From the IMG/VR virus record IMGVR_UViG_3300022777_000107, positions 1 through 40,696 of that record: DNA of 40,696 bases, one strand, 5' to 3'. This DNA is from a virus (lineage: Duplodnaviria; Caudoviricetes). The position numbers and the translations under genes were made by a program. Below are positions 7,667-16,612 of the stretch, one piece after another (positions within the stretch are counted from its first letter, which is position 1; each line of letters starts with the position of its first letter). Under the pieces are notes generated by a model. That model did not search any database. It was not told the origin of the DNA and worked only from the letters and a program-made list of their open reading frames with translations.

Positions 7667-8061
7667 CGAATATACGGTGACGATTGACCTGTCGTTCATA
7701 GCTGAAGTCGCGGAGGAGATCACTGATGCATTGTCTGAATTGGGCAATGCGGTTGCACGGATAGCCCAACCGCGCCCCCAGCGGGAGGTCCGCGAACTAC
7801 GCGACCTCGCGCGGGACCACAACCTCGACCGTGTTGATCGAGGTGTCGCATCGGTCCGGCGCCAGGACGACGCACTCCTCGCACTCTGGGACGGAGAGGA
7901 AATCACACGATTCACAGAATTCGAAAATCGAGCGCATTGAGGACGGCGTGGTGTGCACGATCTGCAAGCGGAGCCGGATTGCGGAACTCAAGCGGGAAAT
8001 CGCCGAGGAAATCGAGATCGAATTCGAGATCATCGACGAAGAGGGTGAGTACGATGCCTGA
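7659..8061 (+). pseudogene. Hypothetical gene apparently split by a 1-nt frameshift at about 7924-7927
   Basis: ORF 7659-7940 plus an acidic continuation in another frame to 8061; removing one A from GAAAAT fuses them. Confidence 0.5.
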
Positions 8062-8272
8062 CGCCGTCGAACCACCGGCCGTCGACGAGCACTGGGACGA
8101 CCCGGTCGAGCCCGCCGACGGCGACTGGGATCGCGACTTTTGGCTGGCACTGGCCAGGGACGTCCACGGTCTCGACGAGGAGCTCTTGGCAGAGCGCCCG
8201 ACAGAGTGGATCGTCGGCCGCGTCGCCGAGGAGGACCCGCAGTACTATCGGGCCACGGAGGGGGCGGCATGA
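8054..8272 (+). CDS. Hypothetical acidic protein
   Basis: MPDAVEPP..., 72 aa, coupled. Confidence 0.7.
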   Translation: MPDAVEPPAVDEHWDDPVEPADGDWDRDFWLALARDVHGLDEELLAERPTEWIVGRVAEEDPQYYRATEGAA

Positions 8273-8688
8273 ATAAGCAGAAAACGCTGTCCGGGCAACT
8301 CCTGCAACCCATCGACAGCGACGAGGAGTGTGCACGCTGCGGTCGTTCCGAGAACTTGGAAACACACCATCTTCAGTACATCCCAGAAGAGGTTACGACG
8401 CTCTGTGGTGATTGCCACACCAGGGTGCACAATCACTCGACATCTCCGTTTGCCCCACGCCAGGACGCCAACGATCTGTTTGAGAAACCGCCGGCGGATA
8501 GTGGTGTGCCGCAGTCAGCGACCGTCACCGTCAAGCAGGTCAACGGCCATCCGTACTTCTATTGGAACTGGCGTGAAGAGGACGGCGTCACGTCAGCGTT
8601 CATCTGCCGACTTGACAACGCACCGGAGCACGAGTTGTATGATGGGCCAGATGTGAGCAGCGGTGATGACCAGGACGGGTGGTCGTGA
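8269..8688 (+). CDS. HNH-type endonuclease with an extra C-terminal beta domain
   Basis: CARC...LETHH...TLCGDCHTRVH; C-terminal VKQVNGHPYFYWNWRE. Confidence 0.75.
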   Translation: MNKQKTLSGQLLQPIDSDEECARCGRSENLETHHLQYIPEEVTTLCGDCHTRVHNHSTSPFAPRQDANDLFEKPPADSGVPQSATVTVKQVNGHPYFYWNWREEDGVTSAFICRLDNAPEHELYDGPDVSSGDDQDGWS

Positions 8689-8921
8689 TGGCTGAGACCG
8701 ACCAGATGTTCGACGTTGTCGTCGAACCGGAGGGCGGCAATCCTGGGACGGCCGGCGTCGGTGTCCGGTACCGACCGGGCGACCGCCCGGACAAGAGCGT
8801 CACCGTTGAGCAGCTGTGGCCCAACGGCGATGCTGATCCGGTCTACATTCCCGAGGAGGACCTCGGCGAACTGATCTTCGAGCTGATGGACATCTACTTG
8901 GAGGTGGCGGACGATGAGTGA
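8688..8921 (+). CDS. Hypothetical protein
   Basis: Acidic, TGATG coupling. Confidence 0.7.
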   Translation: MAETDQMFDVVVEPEGGNPGTAGVGVRYRPGDRPDKSVTVEQLWPNGDADPVYIPEEDLGELIFELMDIYLEVADDE

Positions 8922-9378
8922 TGCCGAGACAGCCCGGAGTGTACAGTGTTCTGCGTGCGGCCTCTGGCACACAGGAGACCACGAGTGCCCGCCCGAACCA
9001 CAGTATCACGGGAAATGGGAGTGGGACGCAGAGCACTACGACGAGGTCGCCGTGCGGATCTACCAGGGCGGCGGGATGACAACGTGGTTTCGGAAACTCC
9101 ACTCGTCAGGGCCGACAAGTTGGCACAAACTCGTCCCCCATCCGGATGGATCACCGCGAGATCACTGGCTCTGCGGTGACCAGGAGTTCTTCGCCGCCTA
9201 CGTTCGTGCCACCGAAGCCACGGCCGTCCCGGTCGGTGACAGTCCCTTCGCGGATCAGGAGCTCTATGACGAACTCCGAGAGCGAAGTAGCCAGAATCGG
9301 GCGATTCTCGAATTTCATATGAACCGAGTGCGAGACCGCTATGGTGTGGCGGCCGGTGACGAAGGTGAGTCAGCGTGA
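8914..9378 (+). CDS. Hypothetical protein with N-terminal Zn knuckle
   Basis: CSACGLWHTGDHEC. Confidence 0.7.
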   Translation: MSDAETARSVQCSACGLWHTGDHECPPEPQYHGKWEWDAEHYDEVAVRIYQGGGMTTWFRKLHSSGPTSWHKLVPHPDGSPRDHWLCGDQEFFAAYVRATEATAVPVGDSPFADQELYDELRERSSQNRAILEFHMNRVRDRYGVAAGDEGESA

Positions 9379-9545
9379 CGCTAAAATTCGATGTCCGAGA
9401 GGACATGGGTGGGTACAGTCTGCACGTGGACACGGCCCAGACCAACATCGAGGTCGGCGCAACTGAGGACGAACTCCGGCGGCTGATGATCGACCTGCTT
9501 CACGAGTTCGGACTCGAAGACGAGGCGGGAGGTGAAGAGGGGTGA
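9375..9545 (+). CDS. Hypothetical protein (56 aa)
   Basis: Hand-translated MTLKFDVREDMGGYSLHVD...; GTGA overlaps on both sides. Confidence 0.65.
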   Translation: MTLKFDVREDMGGYSLHVDTAQTNIEVGATEDELRRLMIDLLHEFGLEDEAGGEEG

Positions 9546-9730
9546 GCCAGTGCATGCAGTGTGGCACGGATATCCCCATCAACGCAGAGATGGCGATTGA
9601 GGATGGTGAAATAGATCAGGTGGTCAAATTCGCCTACGACCCTCAAGACCACCTCGCCACCAAAGAAACGGAAAATTACTGCTCGCGAGAGTGCGCCATC
9701 GAATCGTGGACGGACGGTGATCGCACGTGA
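9542..9730 (+). CDS. TRASH-like Zn-finger protein
   Basis: CMQC...YCSREC. Confidence 0.7.
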   Translation: MSQCMQCGTDIPINAEMAIEDGEIDQVVKFAYDPQDHLATKETENYCSRECAIESWTDGDRT

Positions 9731-10584
9731 ACTACTCAGTGTTCGCCTACCCCGGCAACAAGGCCACGCTGAGCGACTGGGTGGTAGACCACCTTCCCCA
9801 GCATCGTGTCTACGTCGAAGTGTTCGGCGGCGCGGCGGGCGTCCTCGCGAACAAACCGCCGAGCCACAACGAAGTGTACAACGATATCGACGAGGATCTC
9901 GTGCAGTTCTTCGATGTGCTTCGCGACCGCCATGACGAGCTGGTCGAGTGGCTCCGTCGGGTGCCCTACTCGCGGGAGAAATACGAGGAGTGGGTCATCC
10001 CATGGTATGAGGAGGACTGGCGGCCCGACGATCCGGTGAAGCGCGCGGGCGTGTTCTTCTACCATCGGTGCGTGGGGTTCGGCGGTAAATATCGGTACGA
10101 GCCAGGGTTCGCGACATCGACGACAAGAAACCAGGCACGCACATTCGCTGCCCAGGCCGAGCGACTTGCGACGGTCGCGGACCGCTTTCGCGAGGTCGTC
10201 ATCGAGAACCTCGACTACCAGGCGCTGATCGAGACGTACGACGACCCAGAGGGCGTGTTCTACCTTGACCCGCCGTACTACAACTCGCGATGCCGATACC
10301 GTCACGGTGGGGACTTCGACCACGACGATCTCGCCGCAGTTTTGCGCGACGTCGACGCGAAGTGGATAGCCAGCTACGGGGACCTTCCCCCATCCATCCA
10401 GGACCAGACCGAGGCGACTGTCGAGCGGACCGTCCGGTATCAGATGGGTACTGGCAACAACGACGAGGCGTCGTCATCCACCGAGACACTCGCGATGAGT
10501 TACGAGCCTGCCTCAACGCCAGCCTTCGTTGACCACCGACAACAGACGCTGCCCAGTTCAACTGACGGTGGTGAAGGCACGTGA
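9727..10584 (+). CDS. DNA adenine methyltransferase (D12/Dam family)
   Basis: YPGNK, EVFGGAAGV (motif I), EVYND, FYLDPPY (motif IV). Confidence 0.93.
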   Translation: MNYSVFAYPGNKATLSDWVVDHLPQHRVYVEVFGGAAGVLANKPPSHNEVYNDIDEDLVQFFDVLRDRHDELVEWLRRVPYSREKYEEWVIPWYEEDWRPDDPVKRAGVFFYHRCVGFGGKYRYEPGFATSTTRNQARTFAAQAERLATVADRFREVVIENLDYQALIETYDDPEGVFYLDPPYYNSRCRYRHGGDFDHDDLAAVLRDVDAKWIASYGDLPPSIQDQTEATVERTVRYQMGTGNNDEASSSTETLAMSYEPASTPAFVDHRQQTLPSSTDGGEGT

Positions 10585-12374
10585 GCGTCGCCACCAGCCC
10601 GCAGCAACAGATCCATGACGCGATCCAGGCCGGCGACAAGATCGTCGCGATCGATCTGTTCTGTGGCGCCGGCGGGATGTCCTGGGGACTCGCCCAGGCG
10701 CTTGAAGCCATCGCCGAGGACTACGACCGGTCGGTCGCGGACATCGTCGAACTCCACGCAGTCAACCACGACGAGCACGCCATCGAGTCCCACCAGCGAA
10801 ACCACCCCTGGGCCGAGCACTACCACTGCGACGTGCAGGCACTCAACCCGCGGGATGTCGTCGATGCCGACCGGACCGTCCACATCCTGATTGCGTGCCC
10901 GGACTGCACGTTCTTCTCGACGGCGCGCGGTGGCGGGCCGAAAGACCGCGACAAGCGGATGACGCCCCGGGAAGTGTTGGACTGGGTCGAGCGCCTTCAG
11001 GTGCAGAACATCCTCTTCGAGAACGTCCCGAAGTTCGAAGACTGGGGCCCGCTCGACGAGGACAACCGACCGATTTCCGAGCAGGAAGGTGAGTACTTCG
11101 AGCACTGGCTGAACGCACTCACGATTGAGGGATTCAACGTCGAGTATCGAATCCTGACCGCCGCGGACTACGGCGACGCGACTTCGCGGCGCCGACTGTT
11201 CGTGGCCGGGCGGCAACACAGCGGCGTGGACTGGCCAGCCCAGAGCCACAGCGAGAGCGGTCACGGGGACACCGACGAGTGGCGGACCGCCGCGGACATC
11301 ATCGACTGGTCGGATCCCGGAGAATCCGTGTGGGTACGCGACCTGCGTGATGGTCGCCGGTCACCGCTCGTCAACAACACGATGCAACGCATTGCTGAGG
11401 GGATTCGACGCCACTGTGACGAGCGACTCGCTGCCTTCGCCGATGTGGTCGCCGAGATCGGGCGGGCCGACGAAGACGACCCGGTGCCGTATCCTCTGCC
11501 CGAGCTGCGTGAGCGAATCGTCCCGGCGAAACATGCCGACCTGGTCGCGGCGACCATCGACGAGCCGTTCCTCGTGAAGTACTACGGCACCGGGACGGCG
11601 ACATCAGTGCGGGCGCCCCTCGATACGGTGACCGCTGGCGGCGGTCGTGGCGGTGGGACATTCAGGCTGTGTGTCCCGACGACGTTCTTGCTCCGGCAGC
11701 AGAACGGCACTGGTGCCTACCCGCTCGACGCAGACACCCGACCGGTCCCGACCGTCGCGAAGGCCGGCGCCATCAGTCGCGTCGATCCGCAGGCGTTCGT
11801 CCTGCCACGGAACGGGCGGCACCGAGGCCTGTTCTCAAACCCGTCGTACCGTCCGGACGACCGACCGCTCCACACTGTGATCGCCGGCGACACGCGGCAG
11901 GGCTACTACGTCGAACCGTACCTCGTCCCCTTCTACAACGAGCGCGCCGGCCAGCGGCCACGGACGCACGACCTCGGAGACCCGGCGCCGACCGTCGTCT
12001 CCTCGAAGATCCCCGCTGGCGTGTGCGCCCCCTACATCGTCAGTTACCACGGCAACGACGATGCCAAGCCGATCACCGAGCCACTGCCGACACAGACCAG
12101 TCGCGACCGGTTCGCGCTCGTGATTCCCGAGTTGTTTCCGCTCGGCCTCGACATCAAGTTCCGGATGCTGAAGCCGACCGAATTGGCGGCCGCGCAGGGC
12201 TTCCCCCCGGACTACACGTTCGTCGGCAACAAGACCGAGACGGTCAAGCAGATCGGCAACGCCGTCCCGGTCAACCTCGCCCAGGCACTCTGTGAACAGA
12301 TGCTCGTCGGTGATCAGCCCACACTCGACACCTACGCCGACGGTGCCACAGGAGGTGCCGAAGCTGATGACTGA
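10581..12374 (+). CDS. DNA cytosine-5 methyltransferase
   Basis: DLFCGAGG, CPDC catalytic motif, FENV, TSRRRLF, AQGFP, KQIGNAVP. Confidence 0.93.
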   Translation: MSVATSPQQQIHDAIQAGDKIVAIDLFCGAGGMSWGLAQALEAIAEDYDRSVADIVELHAVNHDEHAIESHQRNHPWAEHYHCDVQALNPRDVVDADRTVHILIACPDCTFFSTARGGGPKDRDKRMTPREVLDWVERLQVQNILFENVPKFEDWGPLDEDNRPISEQEGEYFEHWLNALTIEGFNVEYRILTAADYGDATSRRRLFVAGRQHSGVDWPAQSHSESGHGDTDEWRTAADIIDWSDPGESVWVRDLRDGRRSPLVNNTMQRIAEGIRRHCDERLAAFADVVAEIGRADEDDPVPYPLPELRERIVPAKHADLVAATIDEPFLVKYYGTGTATSVRAPLDTVTAGGGRGGGTFRLCVPTTFLLRQQNGTGAYPLDADTRPVPTVAKAGAISRVDPQAFVLPRNGRHRGLFSNPSYRPDDRPLHTVIAGDTRQGYYVEPYLVPFYNERAGQRPRTHDLGDPAPTVVSSKIPAGVCAPYIVSYHGNDDAKPITEPLPTQTSRDRFALVIPELFPLGLDIKFRMLKPTELAAAQGFPPDYTFVGNKTETVKQIGNAVPVNLAQALCEQMLVGDQPTLDTYADGATGGAEADD

Positions 12375-12489
12375 CCTTGGCTGTCCGCACTGCGGCGGCG
12401 AGATCACTGTCCTGTCGGCGTCCACGGCGCGATGCGATGAGTGTGACGCGCCACTGCACCGCTCGCAAGTGGAGGGTGACGATGACTGA
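12367..12489 (+). CDS. CPxCG Zn-ribbon microprotein (40 aa)
   Basis: CPHCG...CDEC. Confidence 0.7.
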   Translation: MTDLGCPHCGGEITVLSASTARCDECDAPLHRSQVEGDDD

Positions 12490-12958
12490 CCGCCGAGACA
12501 TCCTCCGGACGCTGCGGGCACGCAGCACGCTCCAAGACGCTATGGATACCCGCGTGCCGCCATCGGGTGTGATCCTCCCCGACGCGGACACGTTCGTCAT
12601 TGAGGATATCGGCAACAAACTCTACGAGAGCATCGCCGAGCAACGCGAGCAGGCCTACCGCGACGCCATCCGCGACACGGACTGGTCGGAGACGGCCGTC
12701 CTGCGGATCATCGAGCACTACCCGATCCACAGCGTGGGCGTTCGGAAGCGGTCGGATGATGACGAACTCACCGAGAACATGTCCGTTGGCTGTCCCGTGA
12801 TCGATGTCGAACGCTACGCCACTCGGGCCCCACCACTCTACGCGCATGCCGATGGTGAACACCGCTGCTCCGTCGCGACGGTCACCAAGCCCCTGCTCGA
12901 CCAGCTGGCCGACGAGCACGATCCCGTCCGAGCACTGCTGGAGGAGAGCGATGACTGA
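12482..12958 (+). CDS. Hypothetical protein
   Basis: MTDRRDIL..., acidic, coupled. Confidence 0.65.
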   Translation: MTDRRDILRTLRARSTLQDAMDTRVPPSGVILPDADTFVIEDIGNKLYESIAEQREQAYRDAIRDTDWSETAVLRIIEHYPIHSVGVRKRSDDDELTENMSVGCPVIDVERYATRAPPLYAHADGEHRCSVATVTKPLLDQLADEHDPVRALLEESDD

Positions 12959-13250
12959 GGGCGCAACGCTTGACGACTACATCGACCTGCGCCGACTCCA
13001 TCTGTCGTACGAGGAAAAAGAGTGTTGGAACTGCGGAAACACCTGGTTCCGCGAAGCTCGGCCTGCGGAGTCAATCTGCTCGAACTGTCTGTGGGGGCAA
13101 GGTGACCACAAGGATGTCGATGAACCCACCGACTACGGCGAGTTGTGGTACGGAGACATCTCGCGCGAGGAGATGAAACGCGAGTACAAACAAACGCAGA
13201 AGAAGATGAGCGTTAGTCACGTGGAGGTTCGCATAGATGCAGACAACTGA
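12951..13250 (+). CDS. Zn-ribbon protein
   Basis: CWNC...CSNC. Confidence 0.7.
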   Translation: MTEGATLDDYIDLRRLHLSYEEKECWNCGNTWFREARPAESICSNCLWGQGDHKDVDEPTDYGELWYGDISREEMKREYKQTQKKMSVSHVEVRIDADN

Positions 13251-14070
13251 TATCTCCTGGTGTGACTACTCGTGGAACCCGCAGACTGGCTGCTCGCGTG
13301 CGGGACCGATCTGTTACGACCCGGAGACCGACGAGCCGAAGTGCTATGCCGAGGTGTTCAGCCGGAGGCAGGGCCGCACCGACAAGCCGTGGACGGTCGA
13401 GAACGCTGCCGAGAACGTGACGATGCACTGGGACCGCGTCAATGAACCGGCCGACTACCACTGGCCTGAGGGCCCCGGTCGCGTGTTCGTCGGGTCGATG
13501 ACGGACATGTTTCACAGCGAAACCGACGCCGAGTTCGTCGCGGATGTCCTCGACACCTGCCGAGCCCATCCCGAGCAGATCTGGATCTGGCTGACGAAAC
13601 GCCCCCACCACGCCGCGGACATGCGTCTCGACTGGCCCGAGAACTGCTGGCTGGGAACAAGCGTCGGCAGCGCCGGCGACGAGTACCCGAGCACACTCCA
13701 CCGCATCGAGCAACTCCGCGATGTCGATGTCGCCACGAAGTGGGTCAGCTTCGAGCCGCTGTTGGAGCGCATTCCGATGGACGCCGTCCCGCTCGATCAC
13801 ATCGACTGGGTCGTGGTCGGTGGCGAGACCGCGCCCGACGAACACCGGCGCGAGATGGAGCACGCCTGGGCCCGCGAGATCTACCGGGCGTGTCGTGTCG
13901 CTGACGTTCCCTTCTTCTTCAAGCAATCCAGCGCTCGCCACCCCGAGTCGGGAGCCAGGCTGACCCTCAAGAACGAGGACTGGGGCGTCTACGAACAGCG
14001 CAAGATTCGGGAGTATCCAGAGTTGCCTGCCATCACGAAGCAGGCGCGTCAGCAGCTGGCGGATGCGTAG
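13237..14070 (+). CDS. DUF5131 (phage Gp37/Gp68) family, radical-SAM-like protein
   Basis: ISWCDYSWNPQTGC...CYAE, FVGSMTDMFH, LTKRP, WLGTSV, SFEPLL, IDWVVVGGET, PFFFKQ. Confidence 0.9.
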   Translation: MQTTDISWCDYSWNPQTGCSRAGPICYDPETDEPKCYAEVFSRRQGRTDKPWTVENAAENVTMHWDRVNEPADYHWPEGPGRVFVGSMTDMFHSETDAEFVADVLDTCRAHPEQIWIWLTKRPHHAADMRLDWPENCWLGTSVGSAGDEYPSTLHRIEQLRDVDVATKWVSFEPLLERIPMDAVPLDHIDWVVVGGETAPDEHRREMEHAWAREIYRACRVADVPFFFKQSSARHPESGARLTLKNEDWGVYEQRKIREYPELPAITKQARQQLADA

Positions 14071-14079
14071 TTTCGACAG

Positions 14080-14217
14080 TCAGTTCGCCAGTGTTTGATT
14101 GATTCGAGGTATGATGGCCGGATCGACGAGGCCCGCGTTCAAGAAGAACGCGTCGATGATCACGTACAGGATCGCTATTGCTACGAAGAACGCGATGAGT
14201 CGTGCTATTATACTCAT
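14080..14217 (-). CDS. Small single-TM membrane protein (45 aa)
   Basis: MSIIARLIAFFVAIAILYVIIDAFF...; AT-rich promoter-like sequence upstream. Confidence 0.55.
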   Translation of the reverse strand: MSIIARLIAFFVAIAILYVIIDAFFLNAGLVDPAIIPRINQTLAN

Positions 14218-14269
14218 ATAAGTATACATACAGATGAGGCACAAATATTTTGCCGTCTTTGTATTCAGT

Positions 14270-14334
14270 GCGTCCCGTACGTCCCGCACGGGCTGGACGT
14301 GACGCAGTGCCCGTACACCTAACACCCTACCCAC
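14270..14334. repeat. Degenerate 9-bp tandem array upstream of parA (candidate centromere/operator)
   Basis: Seven 9-mers, six ending in AC (GTCCCGTAC, GTCCCGCAC, ...); 13-mer GCGTCCCGTACGT recurs at 15300-15312. Confidence 0.6.
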
Positions 14335-14347
14335 CCATGCGAAGGGT

Positions 14348-15148
14348 ATGCCGCTCACGATAGCAGTCACGAACCAGAAGGGCGGCGTCGGCAAGACCAC
14401 CACGACGATCAACGTCGCGGGTGCACTCGCAGCCGCGCAGGCTGTCCCGCTCGTCGTCGATCTCGACCCGCAGGGCTACGCGACCGAAGCCGTCGGCGCC
14501 GACGAGTACTTCCGCGGGAGTGGTGCGTCACTGTTCGACGCGCTGACCGAGCCACAGACTGGGCCGACGCTTGACCAGCTGGCCGTCGATGGTGCGGAGT
14601 TCCAGATCGTCCCGTCACACATCTCGCTGACAGCCAACGACATTGAGACACGGCTCGCCCAGCAAGAGGGGGGTAGACGTAGTCTTCAGCAGACCCGTGA
14701 TCGGTCTGACCTGACGGACATTGATATCATTCTCATCGACTGCCCGCCCCGCCTGGGTCCGCTGACCGACGCTGCACTTCTGGCCTGTGACTACGTGTTG
14801 ATTCCATCCCAACCCCGACACACCGCCCGCCGGGCCCTCGAACTGCTCGTCGAACAGATCGAATCACTTGTCGAGCACTACGGCGAAACCATGCCTGTCG
14901 CTGGCGTCGTCGCGAACGAGGCTCAGCACGACGGCGTCTCCGATCAGTTGTTCTCTTGGCTTGAAGATGAGTTCGGCGACATCCCCGTCTGGGAAGTGCG
15001 GAAACGGGTCGCACTCCAGCGCGCCTACGAGGCGGGCTTACCGATCCACGCCCACGAGGAATACACCGACATGGAGGCTGTGTACGACGAAATCGCTGAG
15101 CATCTCCTCACGCTGCGCCAGCCCCAGGAGGTGCCCGCCGATGGCTGA
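14348..15148 (+). CDS. parA: ParA family partition ATPase
   Basis: NQKGGVGKTT deviant Walker A, VDLDPQG, IDCPP. Confidence 0.95.
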   Translation: MPLTIAVTNQKGGVGKTTTTINVAGALAAAQAVPLVVDLDPQGYATEAVGADEYFRGSGASLFDALTEPQTGPTLDQLAVDGAEFQIVPSHISLTANDIETRLAQQEGGRRSLQQTRDRSDLTDIDIILIDCPPRLGPLTDAALLACDYVLIPSQPRHTARRALELLVEQIESLVEHYGETMPVAGVVANEAQHDGVSDQLFSWLEDEFGDIPVWEVRKRVALQRAYEAGLPIHAHEEYTDMEAVYDEIAEHLLTLRQPQEVPADG

Positions 15149-15602
15149 CGACGATGACGAACCGAGCCTCGGGAACCGATTCGACGCGGCTGCGACCGAT
15201 ACTGGCGACACGAGAAACCAGGGCGAGTCCGAGGATTTGGGTGGGCAGGACAGCCGGCACGGGACTGACGGGACGGACGACACGCACGCCCCGTACGGGG
15301 CGTCCCGTACGTACTATACACCGGAGGGATTCGCCCTCAAGCGAATCGACGACACCAGCGTTCGCGATGGCGCTGACCGTGAGTTCTACATCCCGCAAGA
15401 ACTCCTCGACGAGATCGATCTTGCGTTTGACACCCTCAATTTACGATATCGACGAGAACACGGTCGGTCACTGAACAAGCACCCACACTGGTATAACCGA
15501 CTTCTGGTGATCGGTCTCGCGACAATCGGTGACGTGAGTGAACGCGACATTGACGATCTCGTCGAAGAACTATCACTGCCGACGGGGGCAGACGCCGACT
15601 AA
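15141..15602 (+). CDS. ParA partner, putative centromere-binding protein
   Basis: Coupled to parA; disordered repeat-rich N-terminus; beta-alpha-alpha C-terminus (REFYIPQELLDEIDLAF...). Confidence 0.65.
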   Translation: MADDDDEPSLGNRFDAAATDTGDTRNQGESEDLGGQDSRHGTDGTDDTHAPYGASRTYYTPEGFALKRIDDTSVRDGADREFYIPQELLDEIDLAFDTLNLRYRREHGRSLNKHPHWYNRLLVIGLATIGDVSERDIDDLVEELSLPTGADAD

Positions 15603-15726
15603 TACATATCCCAACATGCACTTTATTCAGACTGCTAACGTACACACCCCTCTATCGATGTGATAGGTTCGGCGAGATATGACCGTCTTCGACCGCTGAA
15701 GTAGAGCGTCAACCCCAGGGGTAGCG

Positions 15727-15849
15727 TCCAGAGAAACACGCTTCTCACCCTGCTGAACTGCCGACACACCGGGTTTCCGGTGAATCCGCCTCGGATTGGT
15801 GTAGTGCTATATTCCCGTCTAACCCTCGTAATGTGGAAACGTGGGGGGG
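15727..15849. promoter_or_regulatory. Candidate replication origin with ORB-like boxes
   Basis: TCCAGAGAAAC (+, 15727), TTCACCGGAAAC (-, 15773-15784), TAATGTGGAAACGTGGGGGGG (+, 15829-15849). Confidence 0.4.
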
Positions 15850-16001
15850 ATACCCCCAGAACAGTTACTCCGCGACGAGGCTGACCGGTGCGCCCTCCGC
15901 GACGAGTCGGCCGGGCAGGGGGCTACTCTCCGGTCCGCGATTTGGAGATTCTCGCCCCCGGAGAGATCTCCGACGAGCATCTGCATATCCGAGAGGATGT
16001 C

Positions 16002-16286
16002 ATGGAGTCTGTGGAAGTTGACGACCAGGCCCGCTCGTACGAGGTGACGACCGAACGGACCTGGGAGACCAGCGGAGCCGTCGAAGCAGATCGTGCCAGC
16101 GATCTCCACGCAGAGGTCACTGTTGACGGGCCAGATCTCGATGATCCGGTGACCGTCCACTGTCGCAACGTGTTTGATTTTGGGTGGACTGCGACAGTCA
16201 AGGCGGATCTCGATGAGGAGACGGCAGCGGCAGTGTCGCGAGCGGTGCGAAATAACAGCCCCATCCCGACGCGAGTCCGATTATGA
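16002..16286 (+). CDS. Hypothetical protein
   Basis: Acidic portion of the 15888-16286 ORF; start uncertain. Confidence 0.65.
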   Translation: MESVEVDDQARSYEVTTERTWETSGAVEADRASDLHAEVTVDGPDLDDPVTVHCRNVFDFGWTATVKADLDEETAAAVSRAVRNNSPIPTRVRL

Positions 16287-16543
16287 CGGAGCAGACCACG
16301 TGTGAGACGGCAACTGATGACTGGCGCGACCGAGCAGCACAGCTTTGTCAGCACGGAGTCCCTGAACAGCGTGCGAACGTGGTCGCGCTGCGAGAAGAGG
16401 GGCACTCTTACAGCGAGATTGCCTCAGCACTCGGGTTTGGGGCGGACGATGACGACCGGTCTCAGGTCAAATACCACTTGGATGCGTATCGTAATCAAAG
16501 AGAAGACGCAGAATGGCTCATCGAAAACGGCCCTGAAGTGTAG
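16283..16543 (+). CDS. HTH DNA-binding protein (sigma70 region-4-like)
   Basis: VVALREEGHSYSEIASALG...SQVKYHL. Confidence 0.8.
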   Translation: MTEQTTCETATDDWRDRAAQLCQHGVPEQRANVVALREEGHSYSEIASALGFGADDDDRSQVKYHLDAYRNQREDAEWLIENGPEV

Positions 16544-16612
16544 TGATTCTCGGTGTTTTATAGAGAGAGCTGTCGCTGATCGGGCCCCGCCCTCTCAAGG
16601 CGGTGCCCAGTA

